DNA of 64,000 bases. It comes from Octopus sinensis (Eukaryota). The stretch's first letter is position 1, and the number at the start of each line of letters is the position of its first letter. Of this stretch, positions 51,894-63,718 are shown piece after piece. A program made the position numbers and the translations under genes. Under the pieces are notes generated by a model, which was not told the DNA's origin, searched no databases, and saw only the letters and a list, made by a program, of their open reading frames with translations. The DNA lies in assembly GCF_006345805.1 (NCBI RefSeq), contig NC_042997.1, positions 202,306,001-202,370,000 of the forward strand, read 5' to 3'.

Positions 51894-52273
51894 TGGAGGT
51901 GCAATGGCCCAATGGTTAGGGCAGCGGATTCGCGGTCATAGGATTGCGGTTTCGATTCCCAGACTAGGCATTGTGAGTGTTTATTGAGCAAAAACATCTA
52001 AAGTTCCACAAGGCTCTGACAGGGAGTGGTGGCAAACCCTACTGTACTCTTTCACCACAAATTTCTCTCACTCTTTCTTCTTGTTTCTGTTGTACCTATA
52101 TTTCAAAGTGCCAGCCTTGTCACACACTGTGTCATGCTGAATCTCCCTGAGAATTATGTTAAGAGTACACGTGTCTGTGGAGTGCTCAGCCACTTGCATG
52201 TTAATTTCACAAGCAGGCTGTTCAGTTGATTGGATCAGTTGCAACCCTCATCGTCATAACCAATGAAGTGCCA
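51894..52273 (+). mobile_element. tRNA-derived SINE family D2, about 50 bp downstream of the cadherin exon donor
   Basis: A box TGGCCCAATGG, B box GGTTTCGATTCCC; 3' part shared with 38078-38397 and 61134-61432. Confidence 0.85.
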
Positions 52274-52615
52274 TGATATATATATTACTAGCATATATAA
52301 TGGTAAGAAATTCTCTAGAAAGCTAAACAAGGTTTTTGAACAAGAAACTCCACTACCACTGCCCCTCACCCTCAGGCAAGTATTTCAGCCCTTAACTTCT
52401 TATACTCCTAGGGAGCCAGGCTGAATCCCAGTCATGACTTCTGGATGCCTTCTACTGACACTTTTTAGCCACTTGGATATTTAAACCACTCAGAGAAAGA
52501 TAGGTGTATGTAGGTAGATATATAGGCTCACACATACACATGCGCACAAGCGCATGCACACGCACACACACACACACACATATAAAATGGTTTTATTTTG
52601 GCCAAGTCAGTCTGC

Positions 52616-52660
52616 TGTTACTCTGGAGTTTCACCTGTGTATTCATGAGATCATCAGACA
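52616..52660 (-). ncRNA. Type I hammerhead ribozyme motif with decayed stem II
   Basis: Minus strand reads UGU-CUGAUGA-UCUCAUGAAUACACAGGU-GAAA-CUCCAGAG-UA|ACA. Intact core, stem III A-CUC/GAG-U, stem I UGU/ACA; stem II is only partly paired. Confidence 0.6.
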
Positions 52661-52769
52661 AATTATGGTCCGCAGTAACAAGAGACTGGCTAGACCAAAA
52701 TAGAAATATTAAGTTCTGCTAGAGTATTGAGTACTTCCTCTTCTGGCAGTTTACACTAAATGTGTGGAT

Positions 52770-52792
52770 GTGTAAATATACATATGTATATA

Positions 52793-52835
<43 letters not shown>

Positions 52836-52870
52836 GTATATATATATATATATATATATCTATATATATG

Positions 52871-52939
<69 letters not shown>

Positions 52940-52970
52940 GTAAATATATATTATATTATATATATATATG

Positions 52971-53031
<61 letters not shown>

Positions 53032-53038
53032 TATATGT

Positions 53039-53071
<33 letters not shown>

Positions 53072-53219
53072 GTAAATATATATATATATTAATATATATA
53101 TATAATGTAAATATATATTATATATATATATATATATATATGTAAATATATATAATATATATATATATATATATAATGTAAATATATAAATATATATATA
53201 TTATATATATTATATGTAA

Positions 53220-53259
<40 letters not shown>

Positions 53260-53289
53260 TATATATATTATATATATTATATATATATA

Positions 53290-53379
<90 letters not shown>

Positions 53380-53723
53380 AGTAAATGGTGGGGTTGTGTT
53401 AACCGCACATGGAGAAATGATAGGAGAGGAAAAATTATAATAAGGCAGAATGCTAAATTGAAAGTAAATTTTAATAACCCATTTTTATTAAAATTACTTT
53501 CAATTTAGCATTCTGCCTTATTATAATTTTTCCTCTCCTATATATATATATATATATAGGAGAGGAAAAATTATAATAAGGCAGAATGCTAAATTGAAAG
53601 TAAATTTTAATAAAAATGGGTTATTAAAATTTACTTTCAATTTAGCATTCTGCCTTATTATAATTTTTCCTCTCCTATCATTTCTCCACGTGCGGTTAAC
53701 ACAACCCCACCATTTACTGACTT

Positions 53724-53785
<62 letters not shown>

Positions 53786-54013
53786 TATATATATATTTAT
53801 ATATATATTTATATATATATATTTATATATTTATTATATATTTATTATATATATATATATTTATATATATATTTATATATTTATTATATATTTATATATA
53901 TTTATTTATATAATATATATTTATATTATATATTATATTATATATATAGATTTATATATATTATATTATATATATATTTATATATATATATATATTTATA
54001 TATATATTATTCT

Positions 54014-54046
<33 letters not shown>

Positions 54047-54139
54047 ATTTATATATATATATATTATTTATATATATATATTTATATATATATATATTAT
54101 ATATTATATATTTATATATATATAATTTATATATATATA

Positions 54140-54186
<47 letters not shown>

Positions 54187-54319
54187 ATATTATATATATA
54201 TATTTATATATATAATATTTATAGATATATTATATTTACATATATATATATTACTATATATATATTTACATATATATATATTTACATATATATATATATT
54301 TACATATATATATTACATG

Positions 54320-54350
<31 letters not shown>

Positions 54351-54434
54351 ATATTTACATATATATATTTTAATATTATATATATATATATATATTTATA
54401 TATTTATATATACATATTATATTATATATTATAT

Positions 54435-54468
<34 letters not shown>

Positions 54469-54508
54469 ATATTATATATTTATATATTATATATATATAT
54501 ATATATAA
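52770..54508. repeat. About 1.7-kb imperfect (TA)n tract containing a nested palindrome
   Basis: Seen directly. Confidence 0.95.
53377..53721. repeat. Nested inverted repeat (345-bp palindrome whose arms are themselves hairpins)
   Basis: A 57-bp unit at 53421-53477, 53485-53540, 53557-53613 and 53621-53677 in alternating orientation; centre is (TA)10 at 53539-53558. Confidence 0.95.
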
Positions 54509-54556
54509 AAACCAAATCAAGATAGAAAATGCTAAAATAATTTTATAAAGAACATT

Positions 54557-54592
54557 CAGTACCGGTTCGGTCATTTGAGACCTTTTCAACTG
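54557..54592 (-). ncRNA. Minimal hammerhead ribozyme motif, U3-A8 core variant
   Basis: Minus strand reads CAG-UUGAAAA-GGUC(UCAAAU)GACC-GAA-CCGG-UA|CUG. Perfect 4-bp stem II, palindromic ACCGGU stem III, stem I CAG/CUG. One A of GAAA is missing. Confidence 0.6.
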
Positions 54593-55337
54593 CAACAATT
54601 AAATAATTAAATTTAGAAAAATTAAAAGAAAAGTTTTTTTAAAAGAATATTTGTATAGTGTTCAAATATAAGTGGCATTTTCCTTGTTTCTGCCTGTCTC
54701 TGTCTCTCTTGTTTACTCTTGTGGTTTCAAGGTCCATGTGAATTCTTAGTAGGGAAGAAGAAGAAGATTGGAGCCTGGTGCAGCCACCTGGTTCACCAGC
54801 CCTCTGTCAAAATCGTCCAACCCATGCTAGCATGGAAAGCGGACGTTAAACGACGATGATGATGATGTTTTGATCAGTCTGGGGCTTTGATAAGAAATAT
54901 TTGTGCCGTGCTTTGCTGTGGGGTTGAACTTGACACTGCTTAGTTATGAAACATGCCTACACCCTTTGCATTGTCAGGAGATTTCCTTTTAGAATCCCTC
55001 TCTTTGTTTAAAACTCTGCAATGTACTTTGTTAATCTACAACAACAATAATACAGAACTTGAAATGTGAAATTGTATCACTGACCTTTCAAACTTATCAA
55101 TATTCCACTAAAATTTTACATTGATTCTTAGTTTTTCTTATTGATTTTCATGATTAAATGGGGGGAAAAAAATGTAAAATTCACTTTCTTTATAGCTTAT
55201 TTCAACTAGAAATTCTTTTTTCTTTTTCCAATTTTATTTCATTGAAATGTCTTATTAAAAAAAAGAGTAATCTAAAAAAAAAAAGTGGAATCTTTTGTTC
55301 AGTCTCTTTTATAATGTGCATGCATTATTTGAAAAGT

Positions 55338-55376
<39 letters not shown>

Positions 55377-55901
55377 GTAACATATATATATATATTATTT
55401 CATAAGTCTTTTATTCTTTCTTTCTTTTTTTTTTCATCCAAATAATTCACTATGGAAATATTCTTATGGCAACTATTAATTAGAGGTTATGCTTTTTTTG
55501 TTTGTTGTTTTTTTTTGGGGTGGTTTTTTTTTATATTGTAACCAAAAGATAATTCAAAAGACATCTTTAATTTTTTTTTTTCCCCGTTTACATTTATTAT
55601 TATATTTCTTACAATGTACCACCAATTCTATCCTGGCTTTTAAGTAATTGAACAGTTTCCAGAATTGTTTTTGTGCCAGTGGGTCTGGTGGCTGGGTAGG
55701 TGGTTCGGTGGTTCCATTGCTTTCCATCTGATGGCTTTCGCCGTCTTACAATAGAGTCATGTATCTCGTAGCATTATCTTTACTCCATTTATCGTATTTG
55801 TAAAATTATAATTTCAAAAATATATTTACAGGTGTTCAACCTGAAACTTTGAAATGAAATTTGTTTCAGACATTCAAATATAATGGTATATCAGGAATTA
55901 A

Positions 55902-56296
55902 TAAGGCGGTGAGCTGGCAGAACTGTTAGCACGCCGGGCGAAATGCATAGCCGTATTTCGTCTGCCGTTACGTTATGAGTTCAAATTCCGCCAAGGTAGA
56001 CTTTGCCTTTCATCCTTTTGGAGTCGATTAAATAAGTACCAGTTAAACACTGGGGGTCGATGTAATTGACTTAATCCGTGTGTCTGTCCTTGTTTATCCC
56101 CTCTGTGTTTAGCCCATTGTGGGTAGTAAAGAAATAGATATTTCGTCTGTCGCTACGTTCTGAGTTCAAATTCCGCCAAGGTCGACTTAAATAAATACCA
56201 GTTACACACTGGGGTCAATGTAATCGACTTAATCCGTGTGTCTGTCCTTGTTTGTCCCCTCTGTGTTTAGCCCATTGTGGGTAGAAAAAGACATAA
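55902..56296 (+). mobile_element. SINE family B, dimeric
   Basis: One head followed by two tandem body units. Confidence 0.85.
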
Positions 56297-56631
56297 GCAT
56301 CTCAGGAATTAATAACAGCTTCAGTCATGTTTCTTCTTGTTTAACAGCTTCTGTCAAGGGGAGGTAACTGTGATGGTGACCTTCACTGCTTCTTTATGAT
56401 TGGTCAAATCGATGTGATTGATATTAAACCTGGCCAACTGCCAGACAACATCTTAGCAGAAACATCGCTTGGGATGTTGAGGTGCTAGAGAGTTATGAAG
56501 AGCAAAGGCCATGGTAATAGAAAAAAAGCAGAAGGAAGAGTCATGTGTCTGATGGTCAGAGCTTGTAATGTATTTGTGAGTGAATCCATCTAATATATGG
56601 TTGTGAGTGTAGCATTAATACATGGCTATAT

Positions 56632-57050
56632 AAGGCGGCGAGCTGACAGAAACGTTAGCACGCCGGGTGAAATGCTTAGTGGTATTTCGTCTGTCGTTAC
56701 GTTCTGAGTTCAAATTCCACCGAGGTCGATTTTGCCTTTCATCCTTTCTGGGTCGATAAATAAAGTACCAGTTTCACACTGGGGTCGATGTAATCGACTT
56801 AATCCTTTTGTCTGCCCTTGTTTGTCCCCTCTGTGTTTAGCCCCTTGTGGGTAATAAAGAAATAGGTATTTCGTCTGTCGTTACGTTCTGAGTTCAAATT
56901 CTGCCGAGGTTGACTTTGCCTTTCATCCTTTCGGGGTCGATAAATAAAGTACCAGTTTTGCACTGGGGGTCGATGAAATCAACTTAATCCCTTTGTCTGT
57001 CCTTGTTTGTCCCCTCTGTGTTTAGCCCCTTGTGGGTAATAAAGAAATAG
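56632..57050 (+). mobile_element. SINE family B, dimeric
   Basis: One head followed by two tandem body units of about 186 bp. Confidence 0.85.
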
Positions 57051-58767
57051 ATATAACACATGGACCATTTCTGCTGTTCCTAACACTATTCTTCCTTTCA
57101 CAAACAAACGCAACAGCAGCAGCTATACAACCACAACATCCATTTCGTTTTCCTGTGTGGCCTTGTGGTTAGGGTGTTGCACTCATGATCACTAGTTTGT
57201 GGGATTAATTCCCAGACTGAGTGGCATGTTGTATTCATGAGCAAAGCACTTCATTTCACATTGCTCCAGTCCACTCAGCTGTAAGTGGGTACACCCTGCA
57301 ATGGACTAGCTTTCCAATTGAATGTGGGTGGGGGAGGGGGTAGCCAGCTCACTTATCCAACAGGGTGACATCGTTCAAAAGCTAAAAAATGATGCAAAGT
57401 AGATTGTGACTAACGATGCACAGCAATATCCAGTAGTCTGGTCAATCGCAGTCAAATGACTTTCTACAGAGAGATACAAAATCTCTTTTAATAAATCCAA
57501 AATAATGGAAGATATTAATCATTGTCAAAAACCGTCATATCTGAAAAGCTTGTTTTGTGTGTGTGTGCGTGTGCCCTTGTCTTGACATCATGTGATAATT
57601 GCGAATGAACATCATCATTATGCAAGTGATGTTGTTCGTTTCCATTCTTCTGCAAAAAACATGCTTGACCGTGGGGGAAATATTACCTTGCTTAGAAACA
57701 GATGCAGGTTGGTAACAGGAAAGGCATCCAGCCATAGAAAATTTATCTCTATGAATTCCACCTGATCCATGCGATTATGGAAAAGTGAACTTTAAATGAT
57801 GATGACAGTGGTGATGGCAGTGGCAATGACGATGGTGGTGGACTTTTAGCTAAACAAGGACCATCATCTTTGTGTTGCTTTATTTAGCAATCAGCCCATC
57901 TCTTTTATATTGTCTTTAACACAGTATAACAGAGATTGCAAGTCAAAGTTTTCCTTTGACCTTTTTTGTCACCATATTTCTGTACAAATACACTGCTGTT
58001 GTTTCAATTGATTTAGAAAATAAAAAGAGAATTTGATAAAACAATTTCATCGTTATTAACCCTTTAGCTTTCAGATTAGCCTGTCAAACAATGTTTATTG
58101 ACATTGTTTTGAATTATTCATGCAATATTTCACAGCTTTAAGATTTTGATGATGTAATTGTTTAATTTTCAACTGATATCGTACAGTAAGGTATGAGAGG
58201 CCAGATCCAGCCATTTAAAATGCAAATGGATTAATCTTGTGTTTGGAGCCTAAATTAACATGAAATTTCAATGGTAGGTATTAAATTAGATTACTTTACA
58301 ACAGCAAGTTTGTATCTGAGAACCATGGATAGTGTCAGATAGGTTAGCATCAAAAGTGTTAAAAAGAATTCAGAGTTTGAAAAATAAGTTAAGCAGTTCA
58401 AAAGACTGGAAATCTAAATATTTTTGTTCTGGTTCCTGATCAAATTCAAGTTTAAACATAAAGTTGTCAACCTCCAAGTTGCTTAGATATTTCTATGTCA
58501 ACTTGTAACTTGCTCCAATATTTGTATGCCAACTTATAACCTTGTCCAATAAGTATGCTAACTTGTAGTAACCTATGTCAGCGTGTAACTTCTTCACACA
58601 CCTGTATGCCATTAAACTGACCAATGTTAAACAATGGCATCATATAAATCTCAATTCCACATAGTGTTACTGACAACAGGTTCTACTTGAATCAATGAAG
58701 GAGCCTCTACTCAGGTGATCAACTTGCTAGAAATAACAATCAAATCTCTCTCCAAATAACATTACGA

Positions 58768-59131
58768 ACTACATGGTTCCGGGTTCAGTCTTACTGCGTG
58801 GCACCTTGGGCAAACGTCTTCTGCTATAGCCTCAGGCTGACCAAAGCCTTGTGAGTGGATTTGGTAGACGGAAACTGAAAGAATCCCGTCGTATATATAT
58901 GTATATATATATATATGTGTGTGTGTGTTTCTGTGTCTGTGTTTGTCCCCCCCAACATCGCTTGACAACCGATGCTGGTGTGTTTACGCCCCCGTAACTG
59001 AGCGGTTCAGCAAAAGAGACTGATAGAATAAGTACTAGGCTTACAAAGAATAAGTCCTGGGGTCGATTTGCTCGATTAAAGGTGGTACTCCAGCATGGCC
59101 ACAGTCAAATGACTGAAGCAAGTAAAAGAGT
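58768..59131 (+). mobile_element. SINE family A, 5'-truncated
   Basis: Closely similar to the reverse complement of 41838-42209. Confidence 0.85.
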
Positions 59132-59140
59132 AATATTTTG

Positions 59141-59475
59141 GTAACTTGTATATTTTGTTCATTAAGTTACAACAAAAGCATCCTGTTGCAGAGTCTGAAG
59201 CCACTTTTCTGCCAGTTCTTTGATCCCATGTTGACACCAGTTCTTAGTCTTTGAGGTGAAGAACTCCTTCACTGAAGCTTCCACCGCCACTTGTTCCAAT
59301 GCATGGCTCACTTTCTGCTCTTCAATCAAGAGGAGGTGGAAGCTTCAGTGAAGGAATTCTTTGTCTCGAAGGACCAAAGACTGTCAGAAAGGTGACTTCA
59401 GACCATGCAACATGATGGCCTCTACTTTGAATGTTAGGATGGGTTTGCTGTAACTTGATGAATAAAACGAGTTAC
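59141..59475. mobile_element. Fold-back element built from a mariner 3' end
   Basis: Two inverted arms of about 150 bp. The right arm translates as QEEVEASVKEFFVSKD...TMQHDGLYFEC*, resembling a mariner transposase C-terminus. Confidence 0.7.
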
Positions 59476-59832
59476 TAAACTGTTGCAAAACATTTGACTC
59501 AACACAATTGTATTGTGTGAAGGGAAGGATAAAGGATATATTGAGAATATAGCCTGTGGTAAACTGTCAGATAAGATAGGGGGGTGGGGTCAAGGCTAGA
59601 ATGTCTTTGATCATAGGATTACTCTAGAGCTAACAACAACATCGACAATGGGTTGTATTTGGATTTAACAGTTCTCTGATAAATGGTGGGAGTATATGAA
59701 AGGTTAAGAAGTTTGCTCCCAAACCATATGGTTTCAGGTTCGGTCCCATTGTGCAACACCTTGACTGTCTTCTGCCATAGCCTCACGCTAACCAAAGCTT
59801 CGTGAGAGGATCTGGTAGACAGAAACTAAAAG

Positions 59833-60066
59833 AAGGCGGTGAGCTGGCAGAAGCATTAACACACTGGGCAAAATGCTTAGTGGTATTTCGTGTGCCGTTA
59901 CATTCTGAGTTCAAACTTCACCGAGGTCGAATTTGCCTTTCATCCTTTCAGAGTCGATAAATTAAGTACCAGTTACACACTGGGGTCGATGTAATCAACT
60001 TAATCCCTCTGTCTGGCCTTGTTTGTCCCCTCTATGTTTAGCCCCTTGTAGGCAATAAAGAAATAA
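59833..60066 (+). mobile_element. SINE family B nested in a family A SINE
   Basis: Flanked by the direct repeat AGAAACTAAAAGAA (TSD-like). Confidence 0.85.
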
Positions 60067-60239
60067 GAAACTAAAAGAAACCTCTATGTTGTCATATAAA
60101 AGTAGGAACATATTAGATAATGCAGTCCTATATCCAAATTATATTATTTTTATGCTTGCTGAGTGCAAAAGAAGGGTCAGAGCCCATGACCTTTTACAGA
60201 CACTCCAAGACTGGTGAGATTGATTGGTACTATTAATGT

Positions 60240-60680
60240 TGGTTTTAAACTGTTATAAGTCAACACTTACAGGAAAGATATAAGCAAGAAGGAGATTCCA
60301 GAAGGATGATGTCCAGAGGAAGAAAGACTGGGAATTGTAGTTGGTACAGTGAAAGGAGGTGGGTGGATGCAACAAGGGTGGATGAAAGGCAGAAGTGAGT
60401 GAGTCAGGGATACCTGAGTGATTGAGGTATGATACCAGCTGTCTCTGAGAACTCAAGGCCTTTATAGGTGATAGAAAAGACAGAGAGAGTAGATAGTAGA
60501 CTTGTGAGCCAGAGGCAGGATTTTGTCTGCTGGTGATGGAATGTCAATCAGTTAGAGGCTCTTCTTTAGATATTGTAGTCTCAACGCTCAATGTTTTGTA
60601 GAAAGATGGGATGGTCACAATTGGAATGCCTTTGATCTTAAGTCTGCATAATTGGAGCCAATTTGAAGCTAAGCAATAAC
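60240..60680 (-). mobile_element. Old CR1/L2-group LINE 3' fragment
   Basis: SQSFFLWTSSFWNLLLAYIFP resembles the SFFPRTxxLWNxLPxxxFP C-terminal motif. Confidence 0.55.
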
Positions 60681-61133
60681 AACTACTACAACACCGTCTA
60701 GTTTTAGTATGTGAACCATTAATGCCAAAATCCAGAAGTATGTTTAAGTTGTAATACTTAATGCCAGTTATTTCCTTATTTTAGTGTCTGAAGACCTCAT
60801 AAAAACACATCTGTCCTTTCCGCTCTCTACCGACATCATTTTGCTGTAAGAACAAGTTAATAATATTGTTGTGTTAGTCCAGAAATTCAATCTGCAGAAC
60901 ATTGTGGAATACAATAAAATTTCTTAACTACAGACTCCAGTTCCTACATCCAAGCCTTTCCCTTTGACTGCTTTATTGGTGACAGCTATAGATTATCTCT
61001 TGTACAATGAACTTCTTATCTTCCAACGGAAATCCTGGCATCATGAAATACAAGTGTTCTGTTCCTATACTGTTGCTTTGCTGTAGTTATTTAAAGTAAT
61101 GATGCCTGGCTTAGTTGTGTAGCAGATAACTAA

Positions 61134-61432
61134 CTGGTACTCTGTTGGTTACAGTCAACGGTTCAGCCTTCTCATGAAATTAACATCCAAGTGGCTGAGC
61201 ACTCCACAGATACATGCACCTGTAATGTAGTTCCCAGGGAGATTCGGTTTGAATTAGAATGTGACATGGCTGGCTCTTTGGATTACAGGTACAACAAATT
61301 TTTGCCAGCTGAGTGGACTGGAGCAATGTGAAATAAAGTGTCTTGCTCAAGGACACAATGCAACACCAAGTATTGAACTCATGACCCTATGATCTTCAGC
61401 CGAACACCCTAACCCCTAAGCCATGTACCTTT
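61134..61432 (-). mobile_element. tRNA-derived SINE, D2-related
   Basis: Homologous to 38078-38397. Confidence 0.75.
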
Positions 61433-62301
61433 GATGCATGGTAGATACAGGGAAACTAGTACAGCTTTTATCTTTTACTCGTTTTCTAGTCATTAAACTG
61501 CAGCCATGCCTGGGCACCACCTTGGGGGATTTTAGTTGAATGAATCAACACCAATACAATAAGTCTGGTACTTATTCTGTCAGTCTTTTTTGCCGAACTG
61601 CTAAGTTACAGAGACCCAACACTGGTTGTTAAGCAGCAGTGAGGCACAAATACAGACACACACACACCTTCCACATCCCAGCCTTCTCCCACATCCCACT
61701 CTTCTCCCACATGCCACCCTTCTCCCACCTGCCACCCTTCTTCACTATTCACTACATTCATCCCCTATATACATCTGACCATTTCCACTCCTGTATCTCT
61801 GTCTCCATCTCTCACAAGCCTCTCACACACCTGCAGCCTCTCCCACTTTCCCTGCTTCTTCTGTATTCATGCTTTCTTCTATTCAGCTTTTGGGCCAAGG
61901 GGCTACCATATTTTACTTCTCTTTTGAGCCCCACTCATCCATCCATACAAAATGAAAAGTAGCCATGAAGCTTTTTCCCAAAGGTAAACCTGTTTCTACT
62001 CCTCCCTTTATACTTTAACCTCCCAACATTTAGCATAAAGCTGCCCTCCACTCTGCCAAAGAGGTTCTTTAATCTTTCGAGTTAATCTGGCAATCTCACT
62101 AGTGATGGTGCCATGCAAAAAAGTATTCGGTACACTCTATAAAGTGGTTGGCATTTAGAGGTCATTCAGTTGCAGAAATCATGCACAAACTAAGATGTGG
62201 TTCTCTGACCCATTGGATCCAGTCAGAATGTTTAACCCATGCCACAATGGAAAGCAGAGGTAAAAATGGTTATGTTGAGGTGTCTTATTCTTCAAGTAAC
62301 C

Positions 62302-62805
62302 ACATCATCATCATTGTTCCACCGTGGTCGAGACAATGGAATTTACTATGTTATGCCAGACTTCACGGTCCATCATAGCATTACAGAGGTCCTGTTGCTG
62401 GATGCCTGTATCCCTGGAGATTACATCAGGGTAGGAGAGTGTGTGCCCTCTGGTATCGCGAGCAGATGGCTTCCAGAGGAGAAAAGTAGAAATTACCTCG
62501 TTTTCAGCTCTAAAACAATGTCCAGCAAACTGGACTCTTCTACTTTTCACAAGAAATGATACAGGTGGTAATTTCCCATATATTTGTACTTTGGGTGGAT
62601 GACGCTTCCACGAGAGATTTTGAGCTCTCATATGGAGGCGAGTGTAAATTCCATCCAACCACCATTCAAGCTTCTTTGATAACATCCAGGTTTCTGAGCC
62701 ATATAGTAGAATTGGTTCGACTGTGGCTTTGAAGATTTTAAGTTTGAAATCTCTACTTAGATTTGATGACCAGATCTTATGCATATCATTACAGGCTGAC
62801 CAGTA
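62302..62805 (-). mobile_element. 5'-truncated RTE-like LINE with open C-terminal ORF and (TGA)n tail
   Basis: KIWSSNLSRDFKLKIFKATVEPILLYGSETW...RRVQFAGHCFR...AMMDREVW; the stop codon runs directly into ATG/TGA repeats. Confidence 0.9.
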
Positions 62806-63372
62806 ACCACAATCAGCATGCACCCTGCAATGTTACCTAAGAATCTCTGTCTGCTATTACCTTGTCCACTGCTTGTAGACATTCTCCAGCAAACCTGGTG
62901 TGTTGTATAAGAACAATAATGATAATGGTGATGATGATGACACTCACTGACAATGATGAAAATAATGCAACTGCTGCTACTGATGGTAATGATGTTGAGG
63001 ATTATGATGATGATGCTGACATTGAAATAAATATATTTAAACTACTGTCATTAACAATGCTCAGAAATCATTGTTGAATCAACTCCACTGAAAACATTAC
63101 AAAATACATAAATACATTTATTCATAAATTGCATTGAAATATTTAAATTGAATCAATTCTTTGCTACACATTTTTAACGACGTCAGGAAAATGACAAATG
63201 AAAGAATGTCAACCACCTCGTTATATAATATGCAAATGAGAGTAATTCTAATTTTCCCTCGTTTGTTTAGACTTGGTTGAATAAAAAGCTATTGGCAGTA
63301 ATGAAAACTGTTGTCTTAGAATATTATTGGGATAAACGGAGAAAACAAAGTTGAATGAAAGAAAGGACAGTA

Positions 63373-63498
63373 TATTTGCTCGATGAATTACAATGTTTTT
63401 AAGGGCCAAAGAAATATTTGCTCGATCAATTACAATGTTTTTAAGGGCCAAAGAAATATTTGCTCGATCAATTACAATGTTTTTAAGGGCCAAAGAAA
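63373..63498. repeat. Minisatellite, 3 x 42 bp
   Basis: TATTTGCTCGATCAATTACAATGTTTTTAAGGGCCAAAGAAA three times, one substitution. Confidence 0.97.
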
Positions 63499-63718
63499 GG
63501 TGAAATTTTACAATAGGTTGTGCCAAATGCTCATTCACTTATCCTTCTCCTCATCAAGATCCTCATCATCAATTAACATCTATATTCCTTTCTGGTATGG
63601 GTTGGATGGTTTGACAAGGATCCAATGGGTCCAATGATGGCATCATGCTCTAGTGTCTGCTTTGCTAGGGTTTCTATGGGTGCATGTTCTTCCTAATACT
63701 AACAACTTTACAATATGT

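Noticed and set aside
52283-52310. 17-bp repeat of 51866-51882 followed by a second ATG|GTAAG donor-like site
   Set aside because: Explained by a small duplication around the SINE insertion; use of this donor would include in-frame stops.
53594-54187. 197-aa Ile/Tyr-rich ORF
   Set aside because: Translation of the palindrome arm plus (TA)n.
55832-55860. Candidate next cadherin exon after TTTACAG (also 60785-60845)
   Set aside because: The first hits a stop in the required phase. The second gives no cadherin motif and resembles an antisense LINE endonuclease remnant.
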